Shown: positions 10,644 to 20,326 of the stretch, piece by piece | How the letters are laid out: each line of letters opens with the position of its first letter | Numbering within the stretch: the stretch's first letter is position 1 | Origin: Candidatus Multivoradales bacterium | Lineage (GTDB): Bacteria > Acidobacteriota > Thermoanaerobaculia > Multivoradales > JAHEKO01 | DNA: 64,000 nt | Direction: 5' to 3' | NCBI GenBank assembly: GCA_965223855.1 | Contig: CBDCXM010000002.1 | Location: forward strand, 128,001 to 192,000 | The notes under the pieces: generated by a model | What the model was told of the DNA's origin: nothing | What the model saw: only the letters and a program-made list of their open reading frames with translations | Database searches by the model: none | Made by a program: the position numbers and the translations under genes

Positions 10644-12530
10644 GTGACAGGCTACGATTCCTCGGTGGAGACGACACAGAATGCGGTTTCCGGTCGACGC
10701 CGCAGGTGGTGGCGGCGGGTCGCGCTGGCGCTCGTGGCGGTCGAGATCCTCTATCTCGTCGCCGCCAACCTGCTCCTCAACACCGACCGTGGCCACGCAT
10801 GGCTCGAGCGGCGGCCGGAGAAACTTTCGTTCGAATGGAGCGCCGCCTGGACCTGGCTGCCCGGTCTCTTCCATGTTCGTGACCTCGAGCTCTCGGGGCG
10901 CGCCCGTCGAGCGACCTGGACGATCGCGGCTGAGTCCGCACGCACCTGGATCTGGCTGCCGTCCCTCGCTTCGAGGCATGTTCGGCTCCTCTCCGTCACT
11001 GCGACGGGTGTCGGTATCGACATCGATCCGCTGCCGCCACCCGAGGAGCCGCGGCCGCTACGCATGAAGCGTGGCTGGCGGACGACTCTCCACCGGGTGG
11101 AGGCGGAGTCGTTGTCCCGTCTCCGCTTCGGTCGACAGGTGCTCCACGGCGAGGGGAGCCTCCGCGGGAGCGCCTCCTTCGAGATTCGCGGCCCGATGGA
11201 GTTCGACGTCAGCCGCCTGCGCTGGCGTGGTGGACGGTTCGAGGTCGATGGCGCGACGGCTGCGGAGCAGGTGGCCCTCGACGTGGCGTTGACCGTCGCG
11301 CCTGTCACGCCGGGTGAGGGGATGCTCGCGGCGCTGCTTTCCGCCGCCAGCGGTACCCTCGCCGTCGAGTCGGAGACCTCGAGCCTCAGGTTCGTCACCT
11401 ACTATCTGAAACGCTTCCCGTGGATCGATCTCGGTGGCGAGGGGCATCTGCAACTGGAGGCGGCTCTGAGGGCCGGGCGTTTGCTCCCCGGGAGCCGGCT
11501 CGACTTCGAGGGGTCGAGAGTGACAGCGAGCTACCTGGGGCTCTCCGCTGTCGGCAGTGGCCGGCTGGCGGGACGAGTGCCGGACGGGGGCGACGAGGTG
11601 CGGCTCGCTGCCGAACTCGACCGCTTCGAGGTCGCGAGTCTCCTCGAGGGAGTTCCACTGGTGATCGGGGAGAATCTCGCGGTCACCGCGGTCTCCGATT
11701 CCGCAGCGATCGATCACCCGGCCGAGGGGGTCGAAGTGGAGGCCGTGATGCCGAAGGCGACCGTTCCCGACCTGCGTGCCGTCGATCCCTACATCCCGGA
11801 GTCGATAGGACTCGCCGTGACCGGCGGCGAGGCCGAGATGAGCGCCGAGTTCGACTACAGCGCCCGCGCGGGATCGGGGAGCGGATGGCTCGAGTTCGAG
11901 GGCAGGAGGGTGGAAGCGCGCTTCGACGAGGACGAGCTCGAGGGAGAGGTGCTTCTCGAAGCCCGGTTCCCGTCGATGAACCTCCAGGAGGGGAGACTCG
12001 CCCTCGACGGGACCCGTCTCGAGGTGACCCGAGCCCGTGGCGTAGGGCCCCTGGCGCCCGGCGAGGAGGGATGGTGGGGGAGGGTCCAGATCTCGGAGGG
12101 CTCGTTGCTGAAGAACTTCGGCGAGAAGGGCACTCCGGCGATTCTCGACGGTCGGCTCGACGCCCAGCTGCTCGACACCACTCCGGTGACGACGATCCTG
12201 CGCGACCGCGTGCCGCGGCTTTCCTGGTTTGACGAACTGCTGACCGTCGAGCGGGTGGACCTCTCTTCACTCTTCCGGCTCCAGGGGGCCGAGGTGGGCT
12301 TGTCGGAGCTCGAGCTCTTCGGCGGCGAGCACGGGCGGCTCAAGCTCGATGCCGAGCTCGATCTGGCGGTGGCCGACGGTGCGAGGGAGATCGAAGGGGT
12401 TCTGCTGGCCGTCTGGGGGCCGCTGTCTGCGGCGGTCGAGCTGGGAGACGGGGGGCGCGACTGGAAGCTGACCCGGTCGAAAGCCTGGTACCGCGAGCAG
12501 GCGGAGCGCTACCGGCAGTCCAGGCGGTAG
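10644..12530 (+). CDS. Membrane-anchored beta-rich hypothetical protein (possibly AsmA-like)
   Basis: 628-aa ORF with one N-terminal TM helix followed by amphipathic beta-strand patterning; the family call is inferred. Confidence 0.65.
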   Translation: MTGYDSSVETTQNAVSGRRRRWWRRVALALVAVEILYLVAANLLLNTDRGHAWLERRPEKLSFEWSAAWTWLPGLFHVRDLELSGRARRATWTIAAESARTWIWLPSLASRHVRLLSVTATGVGIDIDPLPPPEEPRPLRMKRGWRTTLHRVEAESLSRLRFGRQVLHGEGSLRGSASFEIRGPMEFDVSRLRWRGGRFEVDGATAAEQVALDVALTVAPVTPGEGMLAALLSAASGTLAVESETSSLRFVTYYLKRFPWIDLGGEGHLQLEAALRAGRLLPGSRLDFEGSRVTASYLGLSAVGSGRLAGRVPDGGDEVRLAAELDRFEVASLLEGVPLVIGENLAVTAVSDSAAIDHPAEGVEVEAVMPKATVPDLRAVDPYIPESIGLAVTGGEAEMSAEFDYSARAGSGSGWLEFEGRRVEARFDEDELEGEVLLEARFPSMNLQEGRLALDGTRLEVTRARGVGPLAPGEEGWWGRVQISEGSLLKNFGEKGTPAILDGRLDAQLLDTTPVTTILRDRVPRLSWFDELLTVERVDLSSLFRLQGAEVGLSELELFGGEHGRLKLDAELDLAVADGAREIEGVLLAVWGPLSAAVELGDGGRDWKLTRSKAWYREQAERYRQSRR

Positions 12531-12636
12531 CCGCCCGGCCCCCCGGGGAGGCCGAGTCAGGGGCCCGGGCCCTCGAAGGAGCCTCGCAGCCGCTGTGGGA
12601 AGCTCCCGGGCAGCAGGGTCGGGCTAGAATCTCGCG

Positions 12637-14307
12637 ATGCCCAAGGCGCCGAATCGAGGCACGACAACGATGTTGAGTGGGACGTCGCAAGCCCGCCGAC
12701 CGTCGGCCGACGAGCTGCGGACGGCGGAGCAACGACCTTCGGAGCGGCTGACGACACGGACGACAGCAGAGAACAGCGAAGAGGGAGTCGAACCGAGCGC
12801 GGAGAGTCTCCGTGAGGCTGCCCGCGTTCTCGAGGCGATCGTCGAGGACCGGGCACTCCTGGCGAAGCTCTCGAGGGAGGAACAGCGACGTCTCGTCGAG
12901 GCTGCCGGCCTCGTCTGGTGCCCCGACACGTCTCAGCGGAGAAGACTGGTCAAGGCGTTGGCGGCGCGGCGTCGGGCTGCGCGGGTCGATCGGGAGGAGA
13001 AGGTGCTGCACGAGACGGGGATCCGCTCGCTGCGGCGCAAGCCAACGTTCACGACGCCCAACTTCTTTCCGCCTCGGACCGGATCGGAGCCGTCCTCCGA
13101 GGAGGCGCCGCGCACGGGTCGGAGCGAGCGGCCGCTTCACTGCTACGTCTGCAAGGAGCGCTACCGCGAGGTCCACCACTTCTACGACCAGTTGTGTCCG
13201 GCGTGCGCGGAGTTCAACTACGCGAAGCGAGACGAGAGCGCCGACCTTTCAGGGAGGGTGGCACTGGTGACGGGAGGGCGGGTCAAGATCGGCTATCAGG
13301 CCGGCCTGAAGCTGCTGCGCTGCGGGGCGAAGCTCATCGTCAGCACCCGGTTTCCCAGGGACGCCGCACGACGCTACGCGGAGGAGCCCGACTCGCGCGA
13401 GTGGCTCGACCGGGTCGAGATTTTCGGCCTCGACCTGCGGCACACGCCGAGCGTCGAGGCGTTCTGTGCAGAGCTCGTCCGGCGTCGGAGCCGACTCGAC
13501 TATGTGATCAACAACGCCTGTCAGACCGTGCGGCGCCCACCCGCCTTCTACGCCCACATGCTGGAGGTCGAGCGAGCCACACTTCGGGAGCTGCCCGTCG
13601 AAGTGAGCGAGCTCGTGGGAAGCTACGAGCAGGCGCGGACCGGGAAGGTCGGGAAGGCCGGGGACGGAGAACTGGTGGCTGTCCCGAGCCTGCCCGCAGG
13701 GCTTTCCATCGCGCCGGAGCTCAGCCAGCTCGAACTGGTGGCGGGCGACGAGGAACGGGGCGAGTCCCTCTTCCCGGCGGGCAAGCTCGATCAGGATCAG
13801 CAGCAGGTCGATCTCAGGGAGACCAACTCCTGGCGCCTGCTTCTCGACGAGGTACCGACCGTAGAACTGCTCGAGGTGCACCTCGTCAACGCGGTCGCGC
13901 CGTTCCTCATCAACGCGCGACTCAAGCCGCTGATGGTGGCGGCCCCGGGGAGGGATCAGCATGTCGTCAACGTCTCGGCCGTGGAGGGGCAGTTCTATCG
14001 CACGTCGAAGACCACCCGGCACCCCCACACCAACATGGCCAAGGCGTCGCTGAACATGATGACGAGGACCTCGGCGGCGGATTACCACAACGACGGGATC
14101 CACATGAACAGCGTCGACACCGGCTGGGTGACCGACGAGGATCCCGAGGTGATCGCGGCCCGCAAGGTCGCGGAGCACCGCTTTCATCCGCCGCTCGACA
14201 TCGTCGATGGGGCGGCGCGAATCCTCGATCCGATCATCGACGGGGTGAACACCGGCGGGCACCTCTGGGGACAGTTCCTGAAGGACTACCGGCCGACCGC
14301 CTGGTAG
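12637..14307 (+). CDS. SDR family oxidoreductase with N-terminal Zn-ribbon extension
   Basis: TGGRVKIG Rossmann motif, INNA, VNVS, TNMAK; CYVC...CPAC. Confidence 0.88.
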   Translation: MPKAPNRGTTTMLSGTSQARRPSADELRTAEQRPSERLTTRTTAENSEEGVEPSAESLREAARVLEAIVEDRALLAKLSREEQRRLVEAAGLVWCPDTSQRRRLVKALAARRRAARVDREEKVLHETGIRSLRRKPTFTTPNFFPPRTGSEPSSEEAPRTGRSERPLHCYVCKERYREVHHFYDQLCPACAEFNYAKRDESADLSGRVALVTGGRVKIGYQAGLKLLRCGAKLIVSTRFPRDAARRYAEEPDSREWLDRVEIFGLDLRHTPSVEAFCAELVRRRSRLDYVINNACQTVRRPPAFYAHMLEVERATLRELPVEVSELVGSYEQARTGKVGKAGDGELVAVPSLPAGLSIAPELSQLELVAGDEERGESLFPAGKLDQDQQQVDLRETNSWRLLLDEVPTVELLEVHLVNAVAPFLINARLKPLMVAAPGRDQHVVNVSAVEGQFYRTSKTTRHPHTNMAKASLNMMTRTSAADYHNDGIHMNSVDTGWVTDEDPEVIAARKVAEHRFHPPLDIVDGAARILDPIIDGVNTGGHLWGQFLKDYRPTAW

Positions 14308-14310
14308 AAG

Positions 14311-15681
14311 GTGAGCCGGCAGCGGATCGGACAGGCGATGGCAGGCGCTCGACTGGAACCGTCCTCCCCGGCCGCTCGGCGGATGCTGTGGGCGGTGCTG
14401 CTGTTGCTCCTCGCCGTCGGGGCGGACCGCTGGCGGAACCACCTTTCCCGAACTCCCGGAATCGACTTCTACCAGTACTGGGCCGTTCCGAAAGCGCGCG
14501 CAGAGGCGCCCGGGGTGCTCGGATCGCCGTACTCCGACCAGGAAGGCTACGCCCGGGTCCTGGCGCAGATCGCCGACGCCGCCGGTGACCGTCGCCTCGC
14601 GGCTGTGACCGAGTACCGCCGCGATCCCGGGTTTGCCAGCACCCCGCTGGTCTATGTCCTCGGCTCCTGGCTACCGAGCGGCTACTCGTCGGCGCTTGCG
14701 CTCTACCAGGGGCTGCACCTGCTGGCCCTGCTCGGAGGGTGGTGGCTGCTGGCGAGGAATCTGGAGTTCCGGACGCTGGACGCGACCCTGCTCGCGGCGG
14801 TAACGGTGATCTTTCACATGCCGGTGCTCGCCGAGCTCAGGGTGCTCAACACCAACGCCTTCCAGCTCGCCGCCCTGGCCGGTGCGTGCCGGCTGCTGCG
14901 GGAGTCCACGCTCCTGGCACGGAGCGCGTCCCTGTGCCTCGTGATCTTCGTCGCCTTTCTCAAGCCGGTCTGGGCGCTGCTCGTCCCGCTCTGGTTCCTC
15001 CTGGCCGCTCGACGGGGTGGGCGGGAGGCCACTCGTGCCGGCGCCGTCGGCGTTGCCTTCGCAGCGGCTTGCGTCCTCTGGCCTGCCCTGGAGTTCGGCT
15101 TCGGGGTCTGGCCCGATTGGTTCGGCCACGTCCTCGGCAGCGGGAGCGGAGCGATCGACTACGCCGTTTCAGACGGCAACCGCTCCACCCTGGTGTGGCT
15201 GGCGGAGACCCTGGGATGGAGCAGAGAGCTGTCGGCCGTCGTCGTGGCGGCGGTTCTCGGAACGGTTCTCGTGGGCGCAGTGCTCCGTGCTGCGACCCGA
15301 GGTCGTTCCTGGCGCGACCTGGTGGGCGAACTGGCGGCTGCGCCCGAAAGAGTGATGGGAGCCGCGATCGTCGTCTCTCTCGCCTTGTCGCCTCTCGCCT
15401 GGTGGCACTACCAGGTTCTCGCCCTGATGCCACTGGCGACGCTCTGGTCCGTCACCGCGTCGAGAGTGCAGGCAGTCCTCGGATGGACCGCCTTCCTGCT
15501 CGCATCGGGCCGGTTGGGGCCGGTGTTCGCCTTCTTCATCGACCCGGAGGCGGCGACGGCCGCCGCAGCGACGCTCGCCTGGTTGCCGCTGTGGATCGGC
15601 CTGCTCCTGCCGTGGGCGGGCGAAGCGCGGCAGCGCCACACTCTCCAGCCCGAGGGCGAGGGTCTCCCCGCCGGGCCTTAG
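14311..15681 (+). CDS. GT-C fold membrane glycosyltransferase (GT87-like)
   Basis: DFYQYW after the first TM helix, many TM helices, FLKP and SPLAWWHY motifs. Confidence 0.75.
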   Translation: MSRQRIGQAMAGARLEPSSPAARRMLWAVLLLLLAVGADRWRNHLSRTPGIDFYQYWAVPKARAEAPGVLGSPYSDQEGYARVLAQIADAAGDRRLAAVTEYRRDPGFASTPLVYVLGSWLPSGYSSALALYQGLHLLALLGGWWLLARNLEFRTLDATLLAAVTVIFHMPVLAELRVLNTNAFQLAALAGACRLLRESTLLARSASLCLVIFVAFLKPVWALLVPLWFLLAARRGGREATRAGAVGVAFAAACVLWPALEFGFGVWPDWFGHVLGSGSGAIDYAVSDGNRSTLVWLAETLGWSRELSAVVVAAVLGTVLVGAVLRAATRGRSWRDLVGELAAAPERVMGAAIVVSLALSPLAWWHYQVLALMPLATLWSVTASRVQAVLGWTAFLLASGRLGPVFAFFIDPEAATAAAATLAWLPLWIGLLLPWAGEARQRHTLQPEGEGLPAGP

Positions 15682-15687
15682 CCCGGC
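15670..15687. terminator. Possible GC-rich stem-loop between convergent genes
   Basis: GCCGGGC-CTTA-GCCCGGC overlapping the stop codon; no U-tract. Confidence 0.25.
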
Positions 15688-15710
15688 AGGGAGGCGCCCC
15701 GCTCGGACGA

Positions 15711-17600
15711 TCAGCGCAGCGCTTCGACCGTCGAGGGATCCTCGTCGGTCACCGTCTGGCCGGCACCCTCGCCGGTCACGACGGCCACGTTGGTGTAAGC
15801 CTCGATGAGCGGCGGCTCGGTGCAGGTGTAGGTCACCGTTTCGCCGACCGCCAGATCGCCGATGAAGAGATCGCACAGCGGCAGCAGTGCGTCGGTGACC
15901 TCGACGTTGACGAGCGGCACGTCGCCGGTGTTGGTCACCGCGATCTCCCAGTCGAGCGGGAAGAACGGCTCGACCACCCGTAGGTCCGGCCCTTCCGCCT
16001 GCTTGCGGATGTCGATGGCCGGGGTGCCCTGCGGGCAATCCACGAAGTCGACGTTGAAATCCCCGTCGCCCTTGTGCACGAAGTGAGGCCCGCTGTCGGG
16101 CTGCGAGACCAGGAACCATTCGAACCAACCCGAGGCCCCCAGGTCGCCGTCCTTCTCGTTGGCTCCGACTCCCCACTGGAAGTCGTGGCCGCGCGGGAAG
16201 ATGTCGATGACGGCTCCCTCCCACTCGCCGATGCCGAAGAACATGCCGACGAAGTCCGAGTAGAAGATGAAGTTGCCGTCGGTGTACTCGCCGCTCAGGT
16301 TGACGATGATGTTGAAACCCTGGTTCGGGTTCGAGCGGCGACGCACCGTCCCGGTCATCGTCGCCGTGCCGTCACCGTTGGAGACGAACTCTCCGGGATC
16401 CGGATCGAAGATGAGGTCGGTGGCGATGTCCGGCATCCAGATCGCGTGGCCGGTGTCGGAGTACTCCTCGACGCAGACCTCGATCGGGTCGCACTCCGGG
16501 AAGTCGACGTTGATGTCGCCGATGTCGTCCCAGTAGAAGTGGTCGCCGTTGTCGGGCTGCTTGAGGGTCTTGTAGTAGAACCAGCCGGAAGCGCCGAAGT
16601 CGCCGTCCTTGTCGTTGGCGCCGACGCCCCACTGGAAGTCGTGGCCGCGTGGCGTGATCTCGACCTCGGCTCCCTCCCAGTCGCCCGTACCTCTGAGGAT
16701 GCCGCTGAAGTCGGTGTAGTAGACCCAGTTGCCGTCGGTGTACTCGCCGGTGAGATCGACCACGACGTTGAATCCCTTGTCGGGGTTCGAGCGCTTGGAG
16801 ATGTGCCCGGTAAGCCTCGCCGTGCCGTTGTCGAAGCGCTCGAAGAGGCCCGACATCGGCTCGAAGATGAGATCGGTCGCGATGCCGCGGATCCAGAACG
16901 CATGCCCGGTGTCGGAGTACTCCTCGACGCAGAACTCCTCGATGGAGCCGGCGTTGCAGGTGACGTCGATCCGGACGTTGTCGATGCCGAAGAACTCGTG
17001 TCGGCCGCCGTAGTACTTGGTGACCCGGAAGCGAATCGTCGTCGTCGAGGAGATGAAGGCGCTGATGTCGGTCGAGTAGGTGTCGTCCGTGGCGTGGTCG
17101 AGGCCCGAGAAGACCTCGAGCGTGACCCAGTTCACACCGTCGACGCTGATGTCCAGGGTCACTTCGTCGCCCGGATCGACCGCGTCGGGGACACGCCAAT
17201 CGAAGCTCAGGGTTGCGGTGTCGTAGCCGCTGAGGTCGGCGGTTCTCCGCGCTCCCGGTTTCATGCCGGTGTCGGGCCGATCCTCGATATTGAGCTCGTA
17301 GTTCTTGATCTCGACCTGACCGTCCCAGGGACCGCCGCCGTACGGGTCGTCCTCGATCCAGTCGGTCGACCACTCGAGACTCCCGTCGTCTCCCTTGTAG
17401 GAGGCGTGGTCGAAGCGATCGAGGAAATAGCCGCTGCAGTCGGTGACGGGATCGGCCGTACCCGATGTCTGCTCGACGTTGGCGCCGGCCTTGCTCGGGT
17501 CGGCCTCGGTGCGTCTCGGTGTGGTCGCTAGGACGGTGATCGCGATGGCGAAGCACGCGAAAAGAAGAAACGCCGTCCGGGATTGGCTCCTACCCCCCAT
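15711..17600 (-). CDS. Secreted acidic protein with two tandem ~152-aa repeats and a C-terminal Ig-like domain
   Basis: Signal peptide; unit CVEEYSDTGHA...FQWGVGAN.KDGD.GASGWF occurs twice; C-terminal VTNTGDVPL..V.VTD and YTNVAVVTG. Confidence 0.85.
   Translation of the reverse strand: MGGRSQSRTAFLLFACFAIAITVLATTPRRTEADPSKAGANVEQTSGTADPVTDCSGYFLDRFDHASYKGDDGSLEWSTDWIEDDPYGGGPWDGQVEIKNYELNIEDRPDTGMKPGARRTADLSGYDTATLSFDWRVPDAVDPGDEVTLDISVDGVNWVTLEVFSGLDHATDDTYSTDISAFISSTTTIRFRVTKYYGGRHEFFGIDNVRIDVTCNAGSIEEFCVEEYSDTGHAFWIRGIATDLIFEPMSGLFERFDNGTARLTGHISKRSNPDKGFNVVVDLTGEYTDGNWVYYTDFSGILRGTGDWEGAEVEITPRGHDFQWGVGANDKDGDFGASGWFYYKTLKQPDNGDHFYWDDIGDINVDFPECDPIEVCVEEYSDTGHAIWMPDIATDLIFDPDPGEFVSNGDGTATMTGTVRRRSNPNQGFNIIVNLSGEYTDGNFIFYSDFVGMFFGIGEWEGAVIDIFPRGHDFQWGVGANEKDGDLGASGWFEWFLVSQPDSGPHFVHKGDGDFNVDFVDCPQGTPAIDIRKQAEGPDLRVVEPFFPLDWEIAVTNTGDVPLVNVEVTDALLPLCDLFIGDLAVGETVTYTCTEPPLIEAYTNVAVVTGEGAGQTVTDEDPSTVEALR
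16020..16935 (-). repeat. Intragenic tandem duplication, period 456 bp
   Basis: CGGTGTCGGAGTACTCCTCGACGCAGA at 16451 and 16907; the two protein units align throughout. Confidence 0.9.
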
Positions 17601-17794
17601 GGTATTGCCCTCCGGTGTTGCCGGCCGATCAGGGACCGACCGCGTTCAGATTGTCCGGTGATCTTAGAACGGGCGGGCCGCCGTTGTGAAGTACGTCACA
17701 CGTCTTTTCTCGGAGCTGGACGTGCCCCCCGACGGGCTCGAGCGGTGATGGACGTAGGACCGGTCGGCCGGCCCGGTGGCGAGGGCCGCCGCGC

Positions 17795-18346
17795 TCAGGG
17801 GGTCCGCGACAGCACGGCGCGGAAGCGAGGAGCACCGTGACGCGTCAGGTCGTACGTGAGCTCCCGACCGTCCGGGGAGATCGAGAGAGTCCAGACGTTG
17901 GTCGCCGCCTCGGGGATCAGCTCGGCCGTGTACTCGTCGGCGGGGAAGGCCTGAGAGTTGTCGGTGCCCGTGCCGTCGGCCCATCCGCCGTACAGTGTGA
18001 CCTCGTCCGGTGTTCCGTCGGCGTGGCGGTGATCGTGGCGGAGCCTGATCCCCTCGGACGAGCGCTCGAGACGCCAGGTCCGCGATCGATCCTCGCCGAC
18101 GGTGAAGGGGATGAGGATCTCGTCTTCTCCGCACTGTGCGACATGCGCCGTCAGGACCTTCCCGTGGAGCGGGTGCTCCGGATCGTCGGGGAAGGTCGAA
18201 GAGCCCTCGAAGACGGCACCACAGAGCATGCGGACCCGGTCGAAGAAGGGCTCTCCGGGTGCCGGTGGTGACGCCGCTGGCGCGGTACTCGCCGGCGCCA
18301 GGGCCAGCAGGAGGGCGAGAGCGAGAGTGTGGGCGAATCGACGCAT
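17795..18346 (-). CDS. Secreted conserved hypothetical protein
   Basis: Signal peptide; DRSRTW, LRHDHRHADG and YGG motifs typical of a conserved family. Confidence 0.8.
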   Translation of the reverse strand: MRRFAHTLALALLLALAPASTAPAASPPAPGEPFFDRVRMLCGAVFEGSSTFPDDPEHPLHGKVLTAHVAQCGEDEILIPFTVGEDRSRTWRLERSSEGIRLRHDHRHADGTPDEVTLYGGWADGTGTDNSQAFPADEYTAELIPEAATNVWTLSISPDGRELTYDLTRHGAPRFRAVLSRTP

Positions 18347-18410
18347 CGGCGGGGTCCGAGCAGCGACTCTACACCGGCGAGGCCCCCACCTTCGTTATCC
18401 TCGGTGTCAC

Positions 18411-19898
18411 ATGCTGCACGCCGCGTTTCACGAACCGGGCACGAGGATCTACCGTGCCGTCCAGGGAGCCGTCTGGGGCCTGATCGTCCTTTCGATCGTG
18501 CTGCTGGCCGTCGAGGCTGTACTGCCCGACACCAGCGAGTGGCGCTCGCGGCTGGCGGCGATCGACCGAATCGTGCTGATCGTCTTCGCCCTCGAGATCG
18601 TGCTCCGCGTCGCCTCCTACCGGCCTCCGACTCTCAAGGTCTTCGACCGACCGCCCTTCGGGCGTCTCCAGGTGCATCTCACCTCCCGCCTCGGCTATCT
18701 GCTGAAGCCCATGCAGCTCATCGATCTGCTGGCGGTGCTCGCCCTCTTCCCGGAGCTGAGGGGACTGCGGGCTCTCAGGCTGCTGAGGCTGCTGCGTTCG
18801 AGCCGGGTGTTCCGCTACCGCAACCCGTTTGCGATCGTGCTCCGCTCGCTGGAAGAGAACGGCCTGCTCTTCCTCTTCGCCTTCAGCGTGCTCGGGATCG
18901 CCACGTTGCTCGGCGGTGTGAGCTTCTACCTGGTCGAGGCGAAGGCCAATCCCGGCCTCGACTCGGTGGTCGACGGCATGTGGTGGTCGCTGGTGACGAT
19001 GACGACGGTCGGCTTCGGCGACATCTCACCGGTGACCGGCCTCGGTCGGGTCGTCGGCGCTGTGCTGATGGTGGCGGGCATGTTCACCCTGGCGCTCTTC
19101 GCCGGCATCGTCGGTTCGAGTCTGGTCCATGGGATGCTCAGCATCCGGGAGGAGCAGTTCAGAATGAGTGACTACGTCAATCACGTCGTCGTCTGCGGCT
19201 ACGACGAGAGCACCCACCTGCTGCTCGATGCTCTGTCGCGGGAGATCGACCTCGACGACACCTCGGTGGTGCTCTTCGACGACCACGAGAGGCCACGCGA
19301 CCTGCCACCCGAGTTCCACTGGGTCGAGGGAGATCCGACCAAGGAGAGCGAACTCGACAAGGTACGGCTGACCCACGCCGCGGCGGCGATCGTCACCGGC
19401 TCGCGAAGTACGAGCCCGCAGTTCGCAGACGCCCGGACCATCCTGACCGTGTTCACGATCCGGTCGTTCATGCGGCGGCAGGAGGGAAGGGGAGAGCGCC
19501 ATCGGCCGCTCTACGTCGTGGCGGAGATCCTCGATGCCGAGAACGTCGATCACGCCCGCACCTCGGGTGCCGACGAGGTGATCGAGACCCGCCGCATCGG
19601 CTACTCGATGATCGCTCACGCGGTCGGATTCCACGGCACGGCTGCGGTCATGAGCCGTGTTCTCGTTTCGGGGTCGCACAACGTCTACGTCGGCTGCGTC
19701 CCCGATCACGCCGGAGAGGTGGTCACCTTCGGCGAACTGCTGCGTCGGGCGAAGCTGGCTTCGCAGGGAGGCCTCGTCATCGGCCTGCGCACTCCCGCAG
19801 GCAAGGAAATCATCAACCCGGCGCGCTCGCTCGAAGTCGAGCCCGGGTCGCTGCTGATCTACCTTGCCAAGGAGCCGCTTCTCGACGCCCCGGATTGA
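18411..19898 (+). CDS. Potassium channel with voltage-sensor-like domain and RCK (TrkA-N) domain
   Basis: S4-like LRGLRALRLLRLLR; selectivity filter TTVGFGD; VVVCGY...GDPT RCK motifs. Start set to ATG 18411. Confidence 0.92.
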   Translation: MLHAAFHEPGTRIYRAVQGAVWGLIVLSIVLLAVEAVLPDTSEWRSRLAAIDRIVLIVFALEIVLRVASYRPPTLKVFDRPPFGRLQVHLTSRLGYLLKPMQLIDLLAVLALFPELRGLRALRLLRLLRSSRVFRYRNPFAIVLRSLEENGLLFLFAFSVLGIATLLGGVSFYLVEAKANPGLDSVVDGMWWSLVTMTTVGFGDISPVTGLGRVVGAVLMVAGMFTLALFAGIVGSSLVHGMLSIREEQFRMSDYVNHVVVCGYDESTHLLLDALSREIDLDDTSVVLFDDHERPRDLPPEFHWVEGDPTKESELDKVRLTHAAAAIVTGSRSTSPQFADARTILTVFTIRSFMRRQEGRGERHRPLYVVAEILDAENVDHARTSGADEVIETRRIGYSMIAHAVGFHGTAAVMSRVLVSGSHNVYVGCVPDHAGEVVTFGELLRRAKLASQGGLVIGLRTPAGKEIINPARSLEVEPGSLLIYLAKEPLLDAPD

Positions 19899-19916
19899 GG
19901 CCCCGAAGAGCGGGCC

Positions 19917-20282
19917 TCAGCGGGCCTGCTTGAGGACTTCGATGCCGACGATCTCGCCGTCCGAGCGCCGGAAGTTGACTCGCACTCGATGACCGACGTC
20001 GAGATCACCGAACGAGAGCTTCCGCCGACCCCCGAAGTCGCGCTTCGCCTGAGCGCGGATACGGAGCTTCTCTCTGAGCGTCAGGACGTGCTCGCGGCCG
20101 TCTCCCTCGTCCAGCAGCACGACGGTGCGCCCTTCGAGGATCTTCCTCACCTCGCAGGTCCGATGTCCGATCAGTTGCCGGGCATCGATTCCACCGGCGT
20201 CGGGGTCGGGGATTTCAGGGATCGACGCGAGGGCGGCAGATGCGGCGAGCAGAGCGGCGATGGCGAACGAGGCGAGACGCAT
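19917..20282 (-). CDS. Small secreted hypothetical protein (OB-fold-like)
   Basis: Signal peptide; LSFGDLDVGHRVRV pattern. Confidence 0.7.
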   Translation of the reverse strand: MRLASFAIAALLAASAALASIPEIPDPDAGGIDARQLIGHRTCEVRKILEGRTVVLLDEGDGREHVLTLREKLRIRAQAKRDFGGRRKLSFGDLDVGHRVRVNFRRSDGEIVGIEVLKQAR

Positions 20283-20326
20283 GGAGCTTCCTCCCAGTGC
20301 AGGAGCCCGACCGAGCGGTCGAGCCG

